Numbered from the stretch's first letter, positions 14,153-29,525 are shown. The stretch: 64,000 nucleotides of DNA from Chrysomallon squamiferum (GCA_012295275.1 CM022672.1:24242001-24306000), one strand, 5' to 3'. Numbers and translations: made by a program. Notes: generated by a model not told the origin, from the sequence alone.

Positions 14153-15565
14153 TTTTATGAATAAAACTCTGCTTAAACCTTTTTTGTCTATTTCTGTTTT
14201 CTGGCGCAAATTCAAAAAAAAAAAAAAATAGCTAACATGGAATCACTAATAATTAGTTTTATGAATGATTAAAATAAATGTTGTTTAGTTAATATTATTA
14301 ATATCAATCTAATTTACTTCAATTTCATTTTATTTACTTTTTTCACGATTTCGTTTATTTTAAATGGGTAAAGCATGTTTCGTTTATTTGATGCTAAATG
14401 AGATAATTATGTTAAGCTCTCGCCCGCTAAAATGAAAAGCTTGTTGATTCTCAAGTAATAAAACAAAAATAAAACGTTTAACCAGTAACATCAGCTGACA
14501 ATCTATAACTGGTCTAAAATAAACATACAAACAAAACATGTAGAAATACCAATTATATGCTTATTAGTATTTATAAAATAATGAGTGTCTATATATACAG
14601 ATATACATTTCTATCAGAGAAGACACAACAAGAACTAACCAACTATTATCTTAAATATATTATCTGTAAAGTACATGTATGCCCCATAACATCCTAATTT
14701 AACAAATAAAAAAAAAAAAAAAAACACCTTTTAAACCCGTTAAACATTTTCAAATTATTTTAATAACTGATAATTTTAGACATTATGCCCAAGTTCTTGT
14801 TCTTGACTAAGTAGTTATTTTGCATGTAAATTAAATTAGTGGTATTAGCAAAGCAGATATTAAAAATACATAATACACGAGATATTTATCTACGCAAATT
14901 CTGAGTTGAGAGCGGCGGCACTGAAGGATCAAGAGCAGTACATGTTCACTTCAAACTCTGACTAATTGTTATCCTTAAGAAAACCAAGAGTGTAACTGTA
15001 AGTTCGTTAATTCCGCCACCGTGATCTTGCACTAACTACATTCTCTTCACGGTCGATGACGTTTTAAATCGAAAAGTGATCCCAGACGGATACTTTTGAA
15101 CAGAGAATGTTAAACACAATATCCTAAGGATAACAACCTGCATGTTTTAGTTATTTTTTATTGTTATTATTGTAAAAGAATTTTGGCAGTAATTTGTCAA
15201 TTCTCAATGGATTTTTCTAACACCAGATATTCCACTGTAAACTAAATGAGTTTTATTAATCACTAGAAACGACCACGATGCACACCACGGTATCATGTAT
15301 TTTGTTTTATAAAGTAAATGTGTGTTTTTTGTGTGTGTGTGTGTGTGTGTTTTTTCATTAACAATATTATCTGTGCCATTTTCCCAATAATTATAATAGT
15401 TATAAGTAAGTGTACTTTCCTAAAGGTAATGTTATGTTTAGTTGTTATGGGAAAAACATTTTGAACGTCTCCTAAGAGTAAATACGTTAAGAACGACTTT
15501 GACTTCTGAATTCTGTATTCAAACATATTTTTCACTTAATTTATATCTGACGAAGTTATAAACAG

Positions 15566-15597
<32 letters not shown>

Positions 15598-16844
15598 ATT
15601 TCAAATTTATAACAAAACTGATGAAATAAAATGAATGCAGTGGAATCACAAAACAGTCATATTTAATGATGTGCACAGTAACAAGTGGATCCTAAATTAT
15701 TAAAATATATAAACTGGTATACAGAAATATATACATAAATAAAACAAGAAATGAACAATAATCCAGATAATAATATTTTTCTCGTGGTCTAGATTTTATA
15801 ACAATCTGACTGATGATTATTTATTACAGTAGTAAATGATAATACTTTTAAAGACTTTATGTTTGCAGACAGATTTAAATCGTGCATGTTAATTCCACCT
15901 TAACCAATTTACAAAGATATTTATATATTAATTAAGCATCATTTACAACAAATATGTTCTTCTTTCTCTGTCTGGTATTTGAAGGAGTTAAGAAAAAAGC
16001 GATTATACTGAGCGAATAGTAACATATCAGAGTTTTTATCTCTGATTTATTCAACTGGTTGAAACATGCAACAAAGCCTTAAATAGCTAAGTTTAGATTT
16101 TTGTAAAGTATATTTCCACGGCTTTTTAGAAAATAGTTCGTGCTAGTTGTCAATAACGAAAATTAAACAATAAAAGAACCAGCTATAAAGCCAGTTATTA
16201 AAAAATAAATTAATTAATTAAGTGGAAAGTATTAGAGTTTAACGTGGTGGAAGAGAGACAGTTTTCAAAAGATTAGTAGCAATATAAGGTACGATTTAAC
16301 TGAATTCTTTCAGAGCATTAACTTTATGTTTATTTATCTTAATGGCAATGGACGTTTAAATAAATAAGTATTTTTTTTTAACTCACTTCCCCAGAAACAG
16401 TGATTCTTTAACATTACCTGTAATGACGTTTTTCTGATTTTTTTTTTTTTTTTTTTTTCATTGTTTGTAGTTTTCTTATTTTGCGAACTATAGCATAAGA
16501 TCTGAAAACCAGTGATCCGTTGAAATAGGCACAAAGTGTGTTTAAACACTCAAAATTCGCATAACAGTTGAAAAGGAGTTATTTTTGTATTCAGAGGAAA
16601 TGCAATTATCATAATTTATTAATTAGCTTTTAACGCGAAGCAGATTGGAAGATCGTACAACGTTTGATGTCTTGATGTTTTTTCACACTTTCAGCATGAA
16701 GATAACAAATTAGCACAGCCTATTTCCTTTTTTCTCTGCTTTTTTTCTCTTCTGCGTTATTCTAAGCGCGAAATTGTAATAATTATTTATGTAGTCTATA
16801 ACAGTAGCAAAATGTATTTCTTTTATTTTTTATTATTATTATTT

Positions 16845-16880
<36 letters not shown>

Positions 16881-17703
16881 ACTTTCATCTAGGTAAATGA
16901 TATAATTTTTAATTAAATCACTTTTATTACTTTTTACAACTAAAGTATATCCAAATGGTTAAAATTAATAATATAAATAATGATAAAATAACCTAGCTTA
17001 ATCTAATTCTTTGCCAAAACGAGGTATATTAGATATGAAACACACACATACAAATACCATCAAGAACCACTATATTTGTCTTGACTAGAGATTTACAATA
17101 GATTATTGTAAAAAGAGAAGACAAATGCTAAAAATAAATCCTAAAGACAAAAAATATAACAATAATAAAAACAACGAAAAGATTACATTTCGTCAAAATT
17201 TGCAAAAATATTACGAATTATAGCCGATAGTACATACTAAAAGCTTGGGAATAACTAAAACTTGAAACATAACACTGTAATGTCCGCCACAGTGTCTTCA
17301 CAGAAAACGTGATATACTGATTTATGGTTTCCTCATTAAACGAATAACATATATTTCATATCTTTTAGCATACAATAACTGTATTATATCACACGTTTTT
17401 AAATAAGCCTGCTACTTTGAAAAACTAATGGTCCGACGCTGGTGGCCAAAGTAATGACCAACATGCTGATCACCCGGATAAAGTTTTACTCTTTTTGTTT
17501 ACAGAAAACTAGGTATCCTGTTCGTGCTTGTTAAAAGATAAATAAAACAATATTAATTCTTGCTGTGGTAAATGTTATCCATGATAAGGTGTTAAAATAA
17601 AATTATTCTACTAAACGGTAAAAGATTTCATATTTTCTTTCAGAAATGCATCTTTGTTTGAGTCAAGGTGTAGTATTTGTGTATCTTTGTATATATGTAA
17701 CCT

Positions 17704-17836
17704 GTATGTATGTATGTATGTATGTATGTATGTATGTATGTATGTATGTATGTATGTATGTATGTATGTATGTATGTATGTATGTATGTATGCATGCATG
17801 TATGTATGTAAGTGTGTGCATGTGTCTGTTTAATTT

Positions 17837-17893
<57 letters not shown>
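17704..17893. repeat. (TATG)n microsatellite followed by a ~60-nt poly(T) tract
   Basis: Directly visible. Confidence 0.97.
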
Positions 17894-19019
17894 CATGCAT
17901 TTTGTTGTCTTGTATTTGAGTGTTTTTTTTTTTACTCATTATATATCCATTATTAAGGATTTCTTCACTTTAATTATTTCTGCTACTTCAAACATCTTAC
18001 AGAAAGAGAAAAACTGCACTTTTTATAAGACAAATTATCTGAAATCAACTGATAAGGTACGAATTTTCACATCAGAAAAGGAAAAACCGAGCTCATTCAA
18101 TTTGGTAGTTTTTTTTTTTGCCAAAACAAATTAAACTATTACTTTAACGGAGGTCTTCAGTAAATTAACATTTTTTTTCCTCCAGCACTTGTCAACAACT
18201 GGGTTTGGGGAAAAAATGTTGCTTCCTTGAATCGAATAGCAGTAACATGATAGGCAAAACAATGCATACTGAAAATAACGGAGACAAAAATAAAGAAATG
18301 AAGAAAGAAAGAAAGAAAGAAGATGAATATCCAAATAAAATTAACTAGATCGCAAAATTAAACAGAAACTTAAAGTTTCTATTTAACGTAAGGCTTATTT
18401 TATACATAGAACAATAAACCATAAAACAACCTTTATAACGTGTACAGAAAATCGTATTTCACGCCATCGATATACAATTCATGATGTAACTGAAAATAGT
18501 TATACTTTATTTTTAAAATATGTCATCAAAATCATCATCGTCTTAATAATAATAATAATAACCATGCATCTGTAGATGTTGTTGATAAAAACTACTTATA
18601 CTGTTTTGAAAAAAACTAGACAAACAAATGTTATATTCATATAGCATGTTGTACGTTAGCTGTAACTGTTGTCATATACAACAAATAAATGTCATTACAG
18701 ATCACCGTGTGCACGTAAATGTAATCGCAAAACAAATATTGGCAAACGCTCCAGTGTAATAACATACGTTAAACATAGATATTATAGTATCTAACTCTGT
18801 TTATGTTAACACTAATGTCTGCACATAAAACTGGCAAAATCTGATAAAACTGTTACAGATAAATATTGTTATCAGTAATTTCTGTTTCATTTTGATATAG
18901 TAGATGTTTTATGTCTCCGAAAGACAGGAGAAATTGATTTTTTTTAAAATAAAATATATTAATTAAATTTGTTTTTAATATGATAAAGTATATTGGGTTA
19001 TTGTAGTACTTTCTCTTTC

Positions 19020-19550
19020 ATTATACCACTACTGGTAGTATTACTACTACTACCACCACCAAAACCATCACCATCATTATCAACACTACCACCATTAATA
19101 CTACTACCACTGCTACTACCACCACCACGAAAACCATCACATCACCATCAATACCACCATCACCCTACTATCACTGTTACTACCACCACCACGAAAACCA
19201 CTACATCATCATCATCAACACCACCATCACTGCTACTACCACCGCAATCAAAACCATCAACATCACCACCACCACCACTACTACTGCAACAACCACCGCC
19301 ACCAAAACCACCACCATTTTCATCACATTACTACTACTACTGTTATTACTACCACAACTGCTACTGCTAGTATTGTTATTACTACTGTCGCTGCTATTAC
19401 AACTTCGATCACACATATTTTGGCGATTTTCCTTTCTATTTCATCCCGCTACTATTACCTCTGCTACAACTACTACTTCTATTACTACAGCTACTACAAC
19501 AACTACTACTACAGTTATTATTACTAATACTATTACTAGGACAACAACAT
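19020..19550. repeat. Degenerate trinucleotide low-complexity region (CCA/CAT/CTA/TTA)
   Basis: Mixed ACC/ATC/ACT triplets give Pro/Thr/His-rich pseudo-ORFs in several frames. Confidence 0.9.
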
Positions 19551-20935
19551 CACTGGCTACCATTGTTTTCAAATTACGTTTATGTTCAATAATAAATTCC
19601 ACTATTTTTTCCTCTCTTTTATAATATTTGATGAATTCCACGCGAAATACAATTAACAAAAAAGTATTAAGTATTAGTTGCACTACATGTAACATGTCAA
19701 AAATACCGGCCTCGAATGACTTTTAATGAAAATGCTTCCGTTCATTAACTACTGTCCATCAAAAACACTGTGCTAAGTTGCACGTAAATAGATTTCATTA
19801 ATGTTCATACATTCTAATAAATTTAATTTTTATATGTATATCGATTCTGTTTATTGTTTTCTTCCTCTGAGTATTCTGCTTCATTGCAACGGTAGTAACT
19901 AGTTCTCCGTAACTAAAAGTGTACATTAGTTTATTGGCCTCTGGCAATAACATTTTCACAACTGATGTGTCGGTCTGTTATTGCATTGTAACAAGAAACA
20001 AACTGTTACAGCTGATCCCTTGATAATTGAGTTGCCAAACCAATTAAAAGCATACATGTGAGGTTCCGATGTTTTGTGTTGAAATGAGCATTGTTCATGC
20101 TTTGTACTGATCTTGGTGGTGCACCAGGAATGAACGGTGGTACTACATTCCTGTTATTGAAATCGTATTCGGTCAACGGTCAACAAACTCAGAAGTGACA
20201 GAGCAAATGAACTCACGCTCTTGAAATATGTTCATTTTAGAAACGTGATTCATTTTCCCGATCTAACTCGCTAAATCAATACAGGCCAATATTTCGATAC
20301 GGATTCATGAATTCCATCCTCCATCTAAATGTTTTCGTTTTTATGATTATATATTGCCACCCCTCAACAAAATTCAGTTATCACAATGTAATAGAACGGT
20401 GTACGTCGCTAAATAATTACATTTGCTTAATTAGTGGATAAGACTTACCCAGCCTTTAGCTCAGGGGCACGCACAGGGGCACTTTATCTAAGTACAAACA
20501 CAGCTGCCCATCCAGAAATGTTGCGATTTTGAACACTGATAAAATCCAGCAGAATAACATCTGCAGACAGTGTATCCACTGAAACGGTAAACGGGTCAAT
20601 GTGCCACGAATAAAGCCAAGTATATCAGTGGTAACATATATACATTTTTAAAAATGTAAACCATCGAGACAGATTTCATTGTAATGCACGTCGTTGTAAC
20701 AGGATACTCCCACTTCATCTCCGTGATTCGTCTCAATGGCTTGTCACGCATGAAATAAAGTTTCACACAACTGAAAGCTTAGATACAGCTTACCAGAATG
20801 AAAAAAAAAAAAGAATTATGTACGCAGTAACAATACGATGCGTCAAATAGAGCTTTGTATAAAAATGTATGTCGTGTGGGGTATTCGCCGAGTAAGAAAA
20901 AGAAGCAAAATACATAAAATCCTAATAATCTGAGT

Positions 20936-20970
<35 letters not shown>

Positions 20971-21918
20971 CCATTAGCCTCGTAGTTAATATGCTGGACT
21001 TAGTGCAAACACATTCTGAGATCGATTTCAGTGATGATTCTTTTTTTTTTTGTGTGTGTGTGTCTGTGTGTGCGTGGTAGCAACATGGAGGATAGTAAAA
21101 CATTTTATATTCTGTTATGCTAACTCACTGATATGTTAATCTAATACTGGTGTGTGTAATAGATCACACTTTTTCGCAGATCCACTTCACATTAATTTGA
21201 TCCTTTCCATGTTCTCAGTTTAAACCGACGCCGTCACACAGATTCAAGTTACCTACTTGTTACAGTGGGCCGGAAATACTATAATAAAATGATAAAACCC
21301 GTTTGTCATTATTGTGAATGAGTGTCAACTTCATTTGTAAACTGTAAAACCTACTCAGAACGTGTCTGGTTTTGATTAAATTTAAAATGAATTTACGGAC
21401 GAAAATAGCCAGAGTGTAGGAGTTTATTTCAGTTAAATGAGTATAAATCTTTCGCAATATCAAACATTTTTTTTTTTTTTTTTCCAGAGGCTGTTAAATA
21501 ATAATTAAAAAAATATCCCAAAAACTAAAAAAAAAAAAAATGTGGCTACAGAACTTAAATTTGTTTCTAATTATTATATATATAAAAGACTCTTGTAACA
21601 TAAGATATGAACTTTTCTCTTCCTTATTTTAAGTTTTATGTCTATATTGTAATATTAGAAATAAGTCAATTAAGGAAACGAAGGTTTATATATAAGCTTC
21701 AGACGTTTAAAAAACTCAGCTACAACAAAACAGTATCTGGTTACTATGTAACAAATGATGACATTATAAACAGAACTGTTAGCTAAATTACAAAAGAATA
21801 AAATCATTTGGACAGTAGAAAATGAAATAGGATTACAATAAAATCTAAAATTTAAATAAATGTCTAAACAATAGGATTAAAACGTAATTATTTCTCTCCT
21901 TTTTGCAGATTTATGATC

Positions 21919-21921
<3 letters not shown>

Positions 21922-21982
<61 letters not shown>
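21922..21982. repeat. (GA)n microsatellite
   Basis: Directly visible. Confidence 0.98.
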
Positions 21983-21987
<5 letters not shown>

Positions 21988-22590
21988 AAAAACATTCTTC
22001 AATCGGGGAAGATATTAATAGTAAGATTTAAAAAAGTTGTCTCGAAAAGACAAAAATGCCTGAAAAATAATAACGGTCTTCATATTAACAGTCTTAACAA
22101 TCAACCAAATACATTTAACAGCGAAAGCCATATTTCAGTAAAATTATTTATTTTATGCCTAATATTTTGTATCTATCAGTAATCTACACATTCTTTGTCA
22201 TCCCATAAGGATAGAATCGACTGAAACATGACAGAGAAAACATTTACTTTAAGGAATTTAATAGTTTTTGTTGTTGTTGTTGTTATTTTTTCTATTTATT
22301 ATTTCAATATTTCAGTTTAATAACCAAGTCACCCTATTAGTTAGAAACTATTTCACTAACTTAATTTTAACAGAATTACGCTCCCTCAAATCACACTGTT
22401 AAGCTTATTTAACTTAATAATTTTTTAGAACTTGCCTAGCAATCAGTCCCTTCTCCCATGGCAGATTTGAGGAATTTACAACAGCTGAATATCAGTTTTT
22501 CGAAAGCATAATGTAACATAAGCAATTTACGCACTTTAACTATTTTATTTGACAAGTTATAAATTTGCCTAGTAGATCTGCTCTTTGTAG

Positions 22591-22729
22591 TTTATAGTCT
22601 TGAAAAAAATAAAATGTCTGACATATAAACTCATATGTTCTAAGGGTATGTGACACTAAATTTTGGAATTTATAGTCTGGAGAAAAAAAATATATAAACT
22701 TATATCTTCTAAGGATGTGTGACACTAAT
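22591..22729. repeat. Diverged tandem duplication, period ~78 bp
   Basis: TTTATAGTCT..AAAAAAA..ATATAAACT.ATAT.TTCTAAGG...GTGACACTAA occurs at 22591 and 22669. Confidence 0.85.
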
Positions 22730-25700
22730 TAATTAAAATATTTCAAAGAAGAAAGAACTGACCCTCAACATGGAATATGATTAATTTTCTGAATGGTTTC
22801 TACAATATAAGCAAATATAAAATATATGCATCACGTTTTGTATCTAACGAGCGTTAAGAATCATTTATTTATAGAATCTTTATATCAACTCTGCATAATA
22901 GCAGCGTCCCGCGTTATGTTAGTGAAAGAATTTCAGTTATAGAAAATAGCTGATCAGTGGAACGAATCTTCTCTGGTTCATAGTGTTATATGATATACTC
23001 GTTTATATATGCACTGTTATGTTAGTGATGGCATAAATAAAATATTTGTCTATTTGTTTGTTATGTATGAATTTTATTTCACTACTATTTTCTAATAATA
23101 TCAGTTTCTAATCATATATTAAAAAAAATGTCTGTAGCTTATAATCTAAGTTCAGTTTCATGCTGTCTGTGATATTTCGCAAATGCTGTTCTATTGCGTG
23201 TAACAAAATAAATGTATTTTGTATTGTAATATGCTATCTGGGCATAGAATCATATGTAAAGTTCTGTATTTAAAAAAAATATAAAATAAAAAATGTATAA
23301 AACTGAAGGAAAAAAAACCAGAAAGTTAATTCTCTGTAAACTTCCTTCAAGCATACGAGCGCGGCTTACACCGGATATTAAATTCAAAGACATCATTTAT
23401 CAGCCACCGAGTCTTGTGCTAAGACAAACCTATTCGTTAGCGTGCACGGTGAATACACAGTATTAATTTTTACTTTCTATCTCTCGTGGCAATATGGAGA
23501 AAATGTTTATAAAATTAAAACGAAGAATTGTTAAACGTGGCAAAAACCATTAAAAAGATTAAAATTGGCGGATCAACAGATTTCATTAAATCTTCAGAAT
23601 AATATCGTTCAATTAGAAAATAAAACTCGTGAACAAAAACATTTTGTTTTCTAAATGTCAGGTACAAACTGTATCTCATTTCAAGCAGGTTACTGATTTT
23701 AAAGTTTCAAAACGAGTTAACCTTTATGATTTTATCTCTCAGAACAATATTTAAAAAAAAAAATCTTAATGTTTTTCTTTATTGTTTGTCAGAAATTAAA
23801 CATGCAGTTGTACTGACGAAAAGGTGAAATGTAATTATCCATATGAGAATGAATGGTGTGTTTATGACTTCAATACAGTCATTAAACAGCGGGTGCTTAA
23901 ATTGTTATTAAGATAATAGCGCCTCTCATTTATTATTCTAAGTACCTTTACATGTACAGTAATTTTAGCATGTAAACGAACTTGTTTGTCCCTTATCAGG
24001 TATATCGATTTGTCCTGTTCAAAATTTGGTCAATTGCTTACAGTAATTGGCTGCACGCGGCAAAAAAGGAAGCGGCAATCGTAGTGAAGTAATTACAGAG
24101 TAAAAATATAATACTTAACTTAATATACGAGAAAACAACAGTTCAGTGTCGTCCTGTGTAATAATGAAATGGCCATTTCGGGGGAGAAAACTGTTCCCTA
24201 CTATTTGCTGAAAGGTTCAAAGATGTTAAGTTCCAATGTTATGTTCTCTTATGCCAAAAAGGTATGATGTAAAAATAGAAACAAGGCAGTAATTAAGTAA
24301 GTTTTACATTCAAAAGATCTCAGCTAATCACTGAAGTGAAGGTATATAACGTGAATAGATTCCTTGTGTCAGAATGTCTAGTAAACTACTAAGATAAAGA
24401 AAAAATGTAACAAACTGTCTAATTCATAACATGTTGCCAATTTTTTGAAAAAAATCGAAGTTAACTTCAATAAACAAAACGATTCGATTTCAGTACCATT
24501 ATATATACAATGTATTAAAATTATAACTTTTATTAACGGGTGGAGACTTACCTTCTCGTTGTCTGATAAAATGTATCAATCACAGATAAAAATGTTTTGA
24601 GTACCTTGTTAAATAAAACATTTCTTCCTTTCATGCCCTTATTATTGTTGTTATTGTTACTGTTGCAGCAGTTGCTTATTGGCTGCTTGCTTTGGCGAAT
24701 ACAAATCATTTTTTACATTTAATTTGTGTTCATTTTTAGCTGTTTTTCACTTTCAAGTGCTGACTTTGATTATAAACAACCAAGATAAAAAGCCAAGTTA
24801 ATAATTAGTACCATACCGCAGCAGCCGAATTTCATTTTGTAATTCTTACTTATGATTAATATGGCAACCAGCTCAAATTTTTTCTTTGGAACACTTCCAC
24901 TACAATGCGATTGTTGGTACATTATTTAATTAATGGATGGCAGGTCTGTAACTCACAGCAATTGTTACATTTTTCAATTTTTTAAAACAAACCAATGCTA
25001 TGTTAATTTTTCACTTTTCCCTAAAAAACCAATATATATCAGTTTCCACAACTGCCTTTATTTGAAGGAAACAGTCAAAGCTAGTGCAGTGATCAAAGTA
25101 ATATATAATTAACATATTTCCAGCTGAAAAGGGTAAGAGAAATAAAGAAATACTGCGCCTAAGTTAAGCGACTACAGAAGCGTCTGTGAACCATTTTGCA
25201 ATATAATTATAATTAATTATGTATTATAAGTGTTAACAACATTAAATATTGCCAGTAAAAAAAGACTTTGACAAAGTTTTACAAAAAAATGAGCCCAGAA
25301 CTGTTTTTAATTACATTATCTAAGAAATGTATAAGTTCCGTTTCCGCTGATAGTTCAAAGATGCGAAATATACGTCGAAAAGTAATAATGTTAGTATTAA
25401 TAGACCGATTTGATGCTGCTCATCAGAGCTTTCTGTTACATCTAGTGCTGTGAACGTATCCTTCACGCCTAACAGGGCTGATCAGAAGAAGTATTCTACG
25501 GTTGCATTAAATAAACATTCTTTTCTTCCTTTCTTCTTATCACTAATTGAACAGAATATCATTAACCGAACCGAAATAATTGATTATCCTCTCTGGGTTC
25601 TTTTTTGTTGTTATGTTGTAATTACTTATTTATCAGTGTTTTTCTATTTAAAGAGATAAAACTGCATTAGTCCACGAGAAAAGTAAGTGCAGAACACCTG

Positions 25701-28700
25701 TTTTTGATTGAAATGTATGTGAAGATCAGAAAGGAAGCAGATTTCACCTGTTATCGAATCTTGCCTGACAAATATCTCACTTTTACTGTACTGAACATTC
25801 GTGGCAGTTCGCTTGCCCTTTTGAACAGAAAAAGAAATGAAAGATAAAATACTGATTTTAAAAAAGTATCGTCAAAGATACGAGTCAATCCAGAACAATT
25901 CTTGTACATAGAATATACGTTCTTTTGTTAACTTTGTTCTTATCTTCACTTTGCTTGTGCAATTTTACCAGAACATTTTTTTTTTCATCCAAGCTTATAT
26001 CCAGTTCCGATAACAATGTTGTTATTGTTATTATTATTATTTTTTTAGTTATTTGTTTGTTTGTTTGTTTGTTTGTTTATTCGAATTAAATACAATATCG
26101 TTATTCAGGATACTAATATACATTTCTAAGTCCATAAAACAGAAAAGGAAATTATAACATTGATCAAGTTATAATCAAAACTGTTTATTAATGGGAAAAA
26201 AAACACAAAATTAGAGTCTTTTAAACATTATTTTAATTTTAATTTTTTTTTTTTTTTAGAATAAGTTAAATTCACTGACAGATGTTAAGAATACCCAAGA
26301 AATACTATGTAAATTGTTACACAGAACACATTACAATACAAACTGATAAAATAACAAACTGTCCACATATTCAGCACTGCACCTCAGATTCTGTCGTTTG
26401 TGAAATAAAACACGCCGCGTTCCTGTAAGAAACTACAATGACACGTCTCGTACACTTGTTAACCTGACAGTCGCGTGACAGAACTTTCTCAATTCTGAAT
26501 AAATAAGATTCTGACTTTCGCGTCTCTCCCCCTAAATTCTGACATTCATAGGACAAGATATATTCATAGTCCGATTTTCCTCCACGATCAGTCTTCTGTT
26601 AATATTATTAAATGCCTTTTCCATGGTTTCCATTAACTAAGAGAATGTAATGTCCTTGTACAAGACATCTTGCGGCAGACTCAATGAAAAGCGCAGAAAA
26701 TAACCCAGAAGATGAAGCCAAAGCATGTTCATTCTTTCACACTGTCGCGAATGACGCGTTACCAATAGTTTATAAAACCCAAAAGCTAAGATTAATTCGT
26801 GTTCTTAATACGTGAGCTTTCCTTTCATTTCAGTAGGATTTCTTAATGACTGAAGGTGAAAAAGAAATTACGACAAAGCTGATCGATAACGATGTGAAGA
26901 AGTGCAGAGGTGAGGTGGTATGATCTACACAAGTCCAGAAAAGAAATGTTTTTTAACGGAACACATAGACAGTATTATTGTATCAACAGCATTAGGAACG
27001 AAAGCACGTTTATGGCACTAGATTTTATTTTCAGATTTTGTTTATATCTACGATAAAATTGTGTCTCTATACTATAACTATCATCGATTTAGCAGTTTAT
27101 TTTTCAATTTCCTATCCATCAGTAAGTAAATGTCAGATTTGTCGAACTAACAAATTATTTTAGTTGATGTATGTAATTGCATAGTTACTTTTACAACATA
27201 ATTTATTTTTCAAAAATTTCTGAAAGCACTGATTGAACAACGCGGTTACCACACAAATTAAGATAATCTGAAACCAAACTGTAATTGCACACTGCTTTCA
27301 TGGATATAGCGGTCAGAGAAATTGATTAACTGAGGTCGACTAATTGTACGGTAAATATCTATCAAGGCCATATGTAATTTAGCCATAGAAAATGAGAACC
27401 TTATTACTGCCGTGAACAACAGTTAAGATATCAGAGGAATGATGACATTATGGCGAATACAGTTTGAAGAGGTGATATAGTTTAAAATCCAATACCATGG
27501 ATCCCAATCTTTCTCATAGTTCTAAAATACGAACATAATTTTACAACAGACCCATTATTAAAGCCTGCTACCATAAAATTGAAAATATTTAGCTAGAAGT
27601 GTAAAATAAGAATAAAATATGTGTATATAAATATATATATACAAATAAATCTCAGTTCTTAACAACATTTTTCTGTTATTTTATACTAATAATTTTATTA
27701 TTATTGATACAAATCTCAGATTTGTGGGATTATATACAGATGAAAAAAAATAATTCTGGTAAATTTTCATCATTTTGTTTACTCCAATAAAAAAAAAAAA
27801 AAAAGAAAAGACGTCTGTATGCTAATATGAGAACGACAACCCATTTAGTTCAGAACCATTTAGCAAAGGTCTGAACATAGCTTGACACATACAAAGCTAA
27901 ATCATAGAACATTCGACGATCATTAATCTGACTTTTATCTTAGTAAGAAAGGCTAAATCCAAAAATCAACTTACTGGATTCTGCTAAGAATTTTGGATGT
28001 TGAAATTACATTTTTGGCTGAAAACGTACGAGGAGATTTTTCACGTTTTCTATCCCAATTTCAAGAATATGAGATATAGTCCCGTGGTAAATATATTAAG
28101 AAATGCAAATTCATTTAGTACATTACTTGTAGTATGTTAAGAAAAGCCCAAGGACGAAATAATCGAATGTGTACTGAGACGATGTGTACCATACTGGCAA
28201 CCGAAAGGTTAAAGTGATCGGTAGCTCGAAACCAGCAAGTTAAATGAGATTAATGTATTTGACATGTGTCTGTAGCTCAAGCAATTATAAAGAAATTAAT
28301 CAGTTCAGTATCAGAACAAACCAATCTAGGCCTCTGACACCAACTGAACAACCCACTATGTGAGACTTATTATACGATATAAGAGAATCTGAAATTCACA
28401 TTAATCGATGGAAGAACTGTCTGCTTTTAACTAAGAAATACAAAATAACATGGCATTTCTTCGTTCCAAACAGGTTATAAAAACTGTAGGTATTGTGCTG
28501 TTTTCTATAGGTTTACGGCACCTCGACTTTTAAGCGTATTAAATTGATCTATTTCTGTCAATGTTTCTGACAGCTCGTTTTTAAAAACTTGTACAAATCG
28601 AAATTTTTTATTTTCAATGCTACAAAAAATAAGCCCTGTTAACTGTGTTTTCGAAATCGGTGACACTTCATAGCAGATTATTAAGAACAATTTTTTTTCT

Positions 28701-29111
28701 TTCTAAAACTGAGATATAGCATGCAGAGTTAATTGACTATTACTACATTTTACAGTTCAGTCCGTTATAACGCATGGTAAAATACCATATATCTCTTTTT
28801 TTTTTCTTCTTTTTTGATTGTTGATGTCAAGTATATGTTATTCGGAAATAGCATAATAATGTTCATAAAATAGGTCATTTTTGTAGTAAACATCTACTGA
28901 AACTAATACTGGATTGGAAATACTCATAGCATTTTTAAAGTGAAATTCAAAGACTATATTCAGTTATTTTTTTCATAGGTTTATTCATCCACATGAATGT
29001 TCACCTTTTAGAATATGTATGCATATCATATACTTCAGTTATGTGGGAAACGACATCATAATATCTAAAGCCATCTACTGAAAAAACGCTACCATATTTT
29101 GTTCCATAGGT

Positions 29112-29525
29112 ATGACTTCGTATAAATATACATAGATATGTACTTTTATATATATATATACACACGCACTCTCATATATATATATACGTAATTACGTATG
29201 CATATGCATATTAATATGATTGTAACTACACTGACGCAAATGAGGCAAACCGAAATTGACGATTTTTTTTTTTTTTTTTTTTACTTAACTACACAGCTGG
29301 GCCCAGGATGACTTCGTATAAATATATAGATATGTACTTTTATATATATATATATATATATACACACACTCACGTATATATATATATATATATATATATA
29401 TACGTAATTACGTATGCATATGCATATGCAATATGACCGTAACTACACTGACGCAAATGAGGCAAACCGAAATTGACGATTTTTTTTTTTTTTTTTTTTT
29501 ACTTAACTACACAGCTGGGCCCAGG
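29112..29525. repeat. Near-identical tandem duplication (~196 + ~218 bp)
   Basis: The unit ATGACTTCGTATAAAT...GTAACTACACTGACGCAAATGAGGCAAACCGAAATTGACGA-polyT-ACTTAACTACACAGCTGGGCCCAGG occurs at 29112-29307 and 29308-29525. The copies differ mainly in (TA)n length. Confidence 0.97.

Noticed and set aside
18993-19695. Pro/Thr/His-rich (extensin- or mucin-like) ORFs
   Set aside because: This is degenerate trinucleotide repeat, open on both strands, with no consistent frame or splice support.
26755-26780. CCAAT next to TATAAAA as a core promoter
   Set aside because: The spacing is only a few bases, and both motifs are frequent by chance in AT-rich DNA.
28751-28773. TA-CAGTTCAGTCCGTTATAACG resembling a Tc1/mariner TIR
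   Set aside because: No partner TIR was found and it is too short to support a call.
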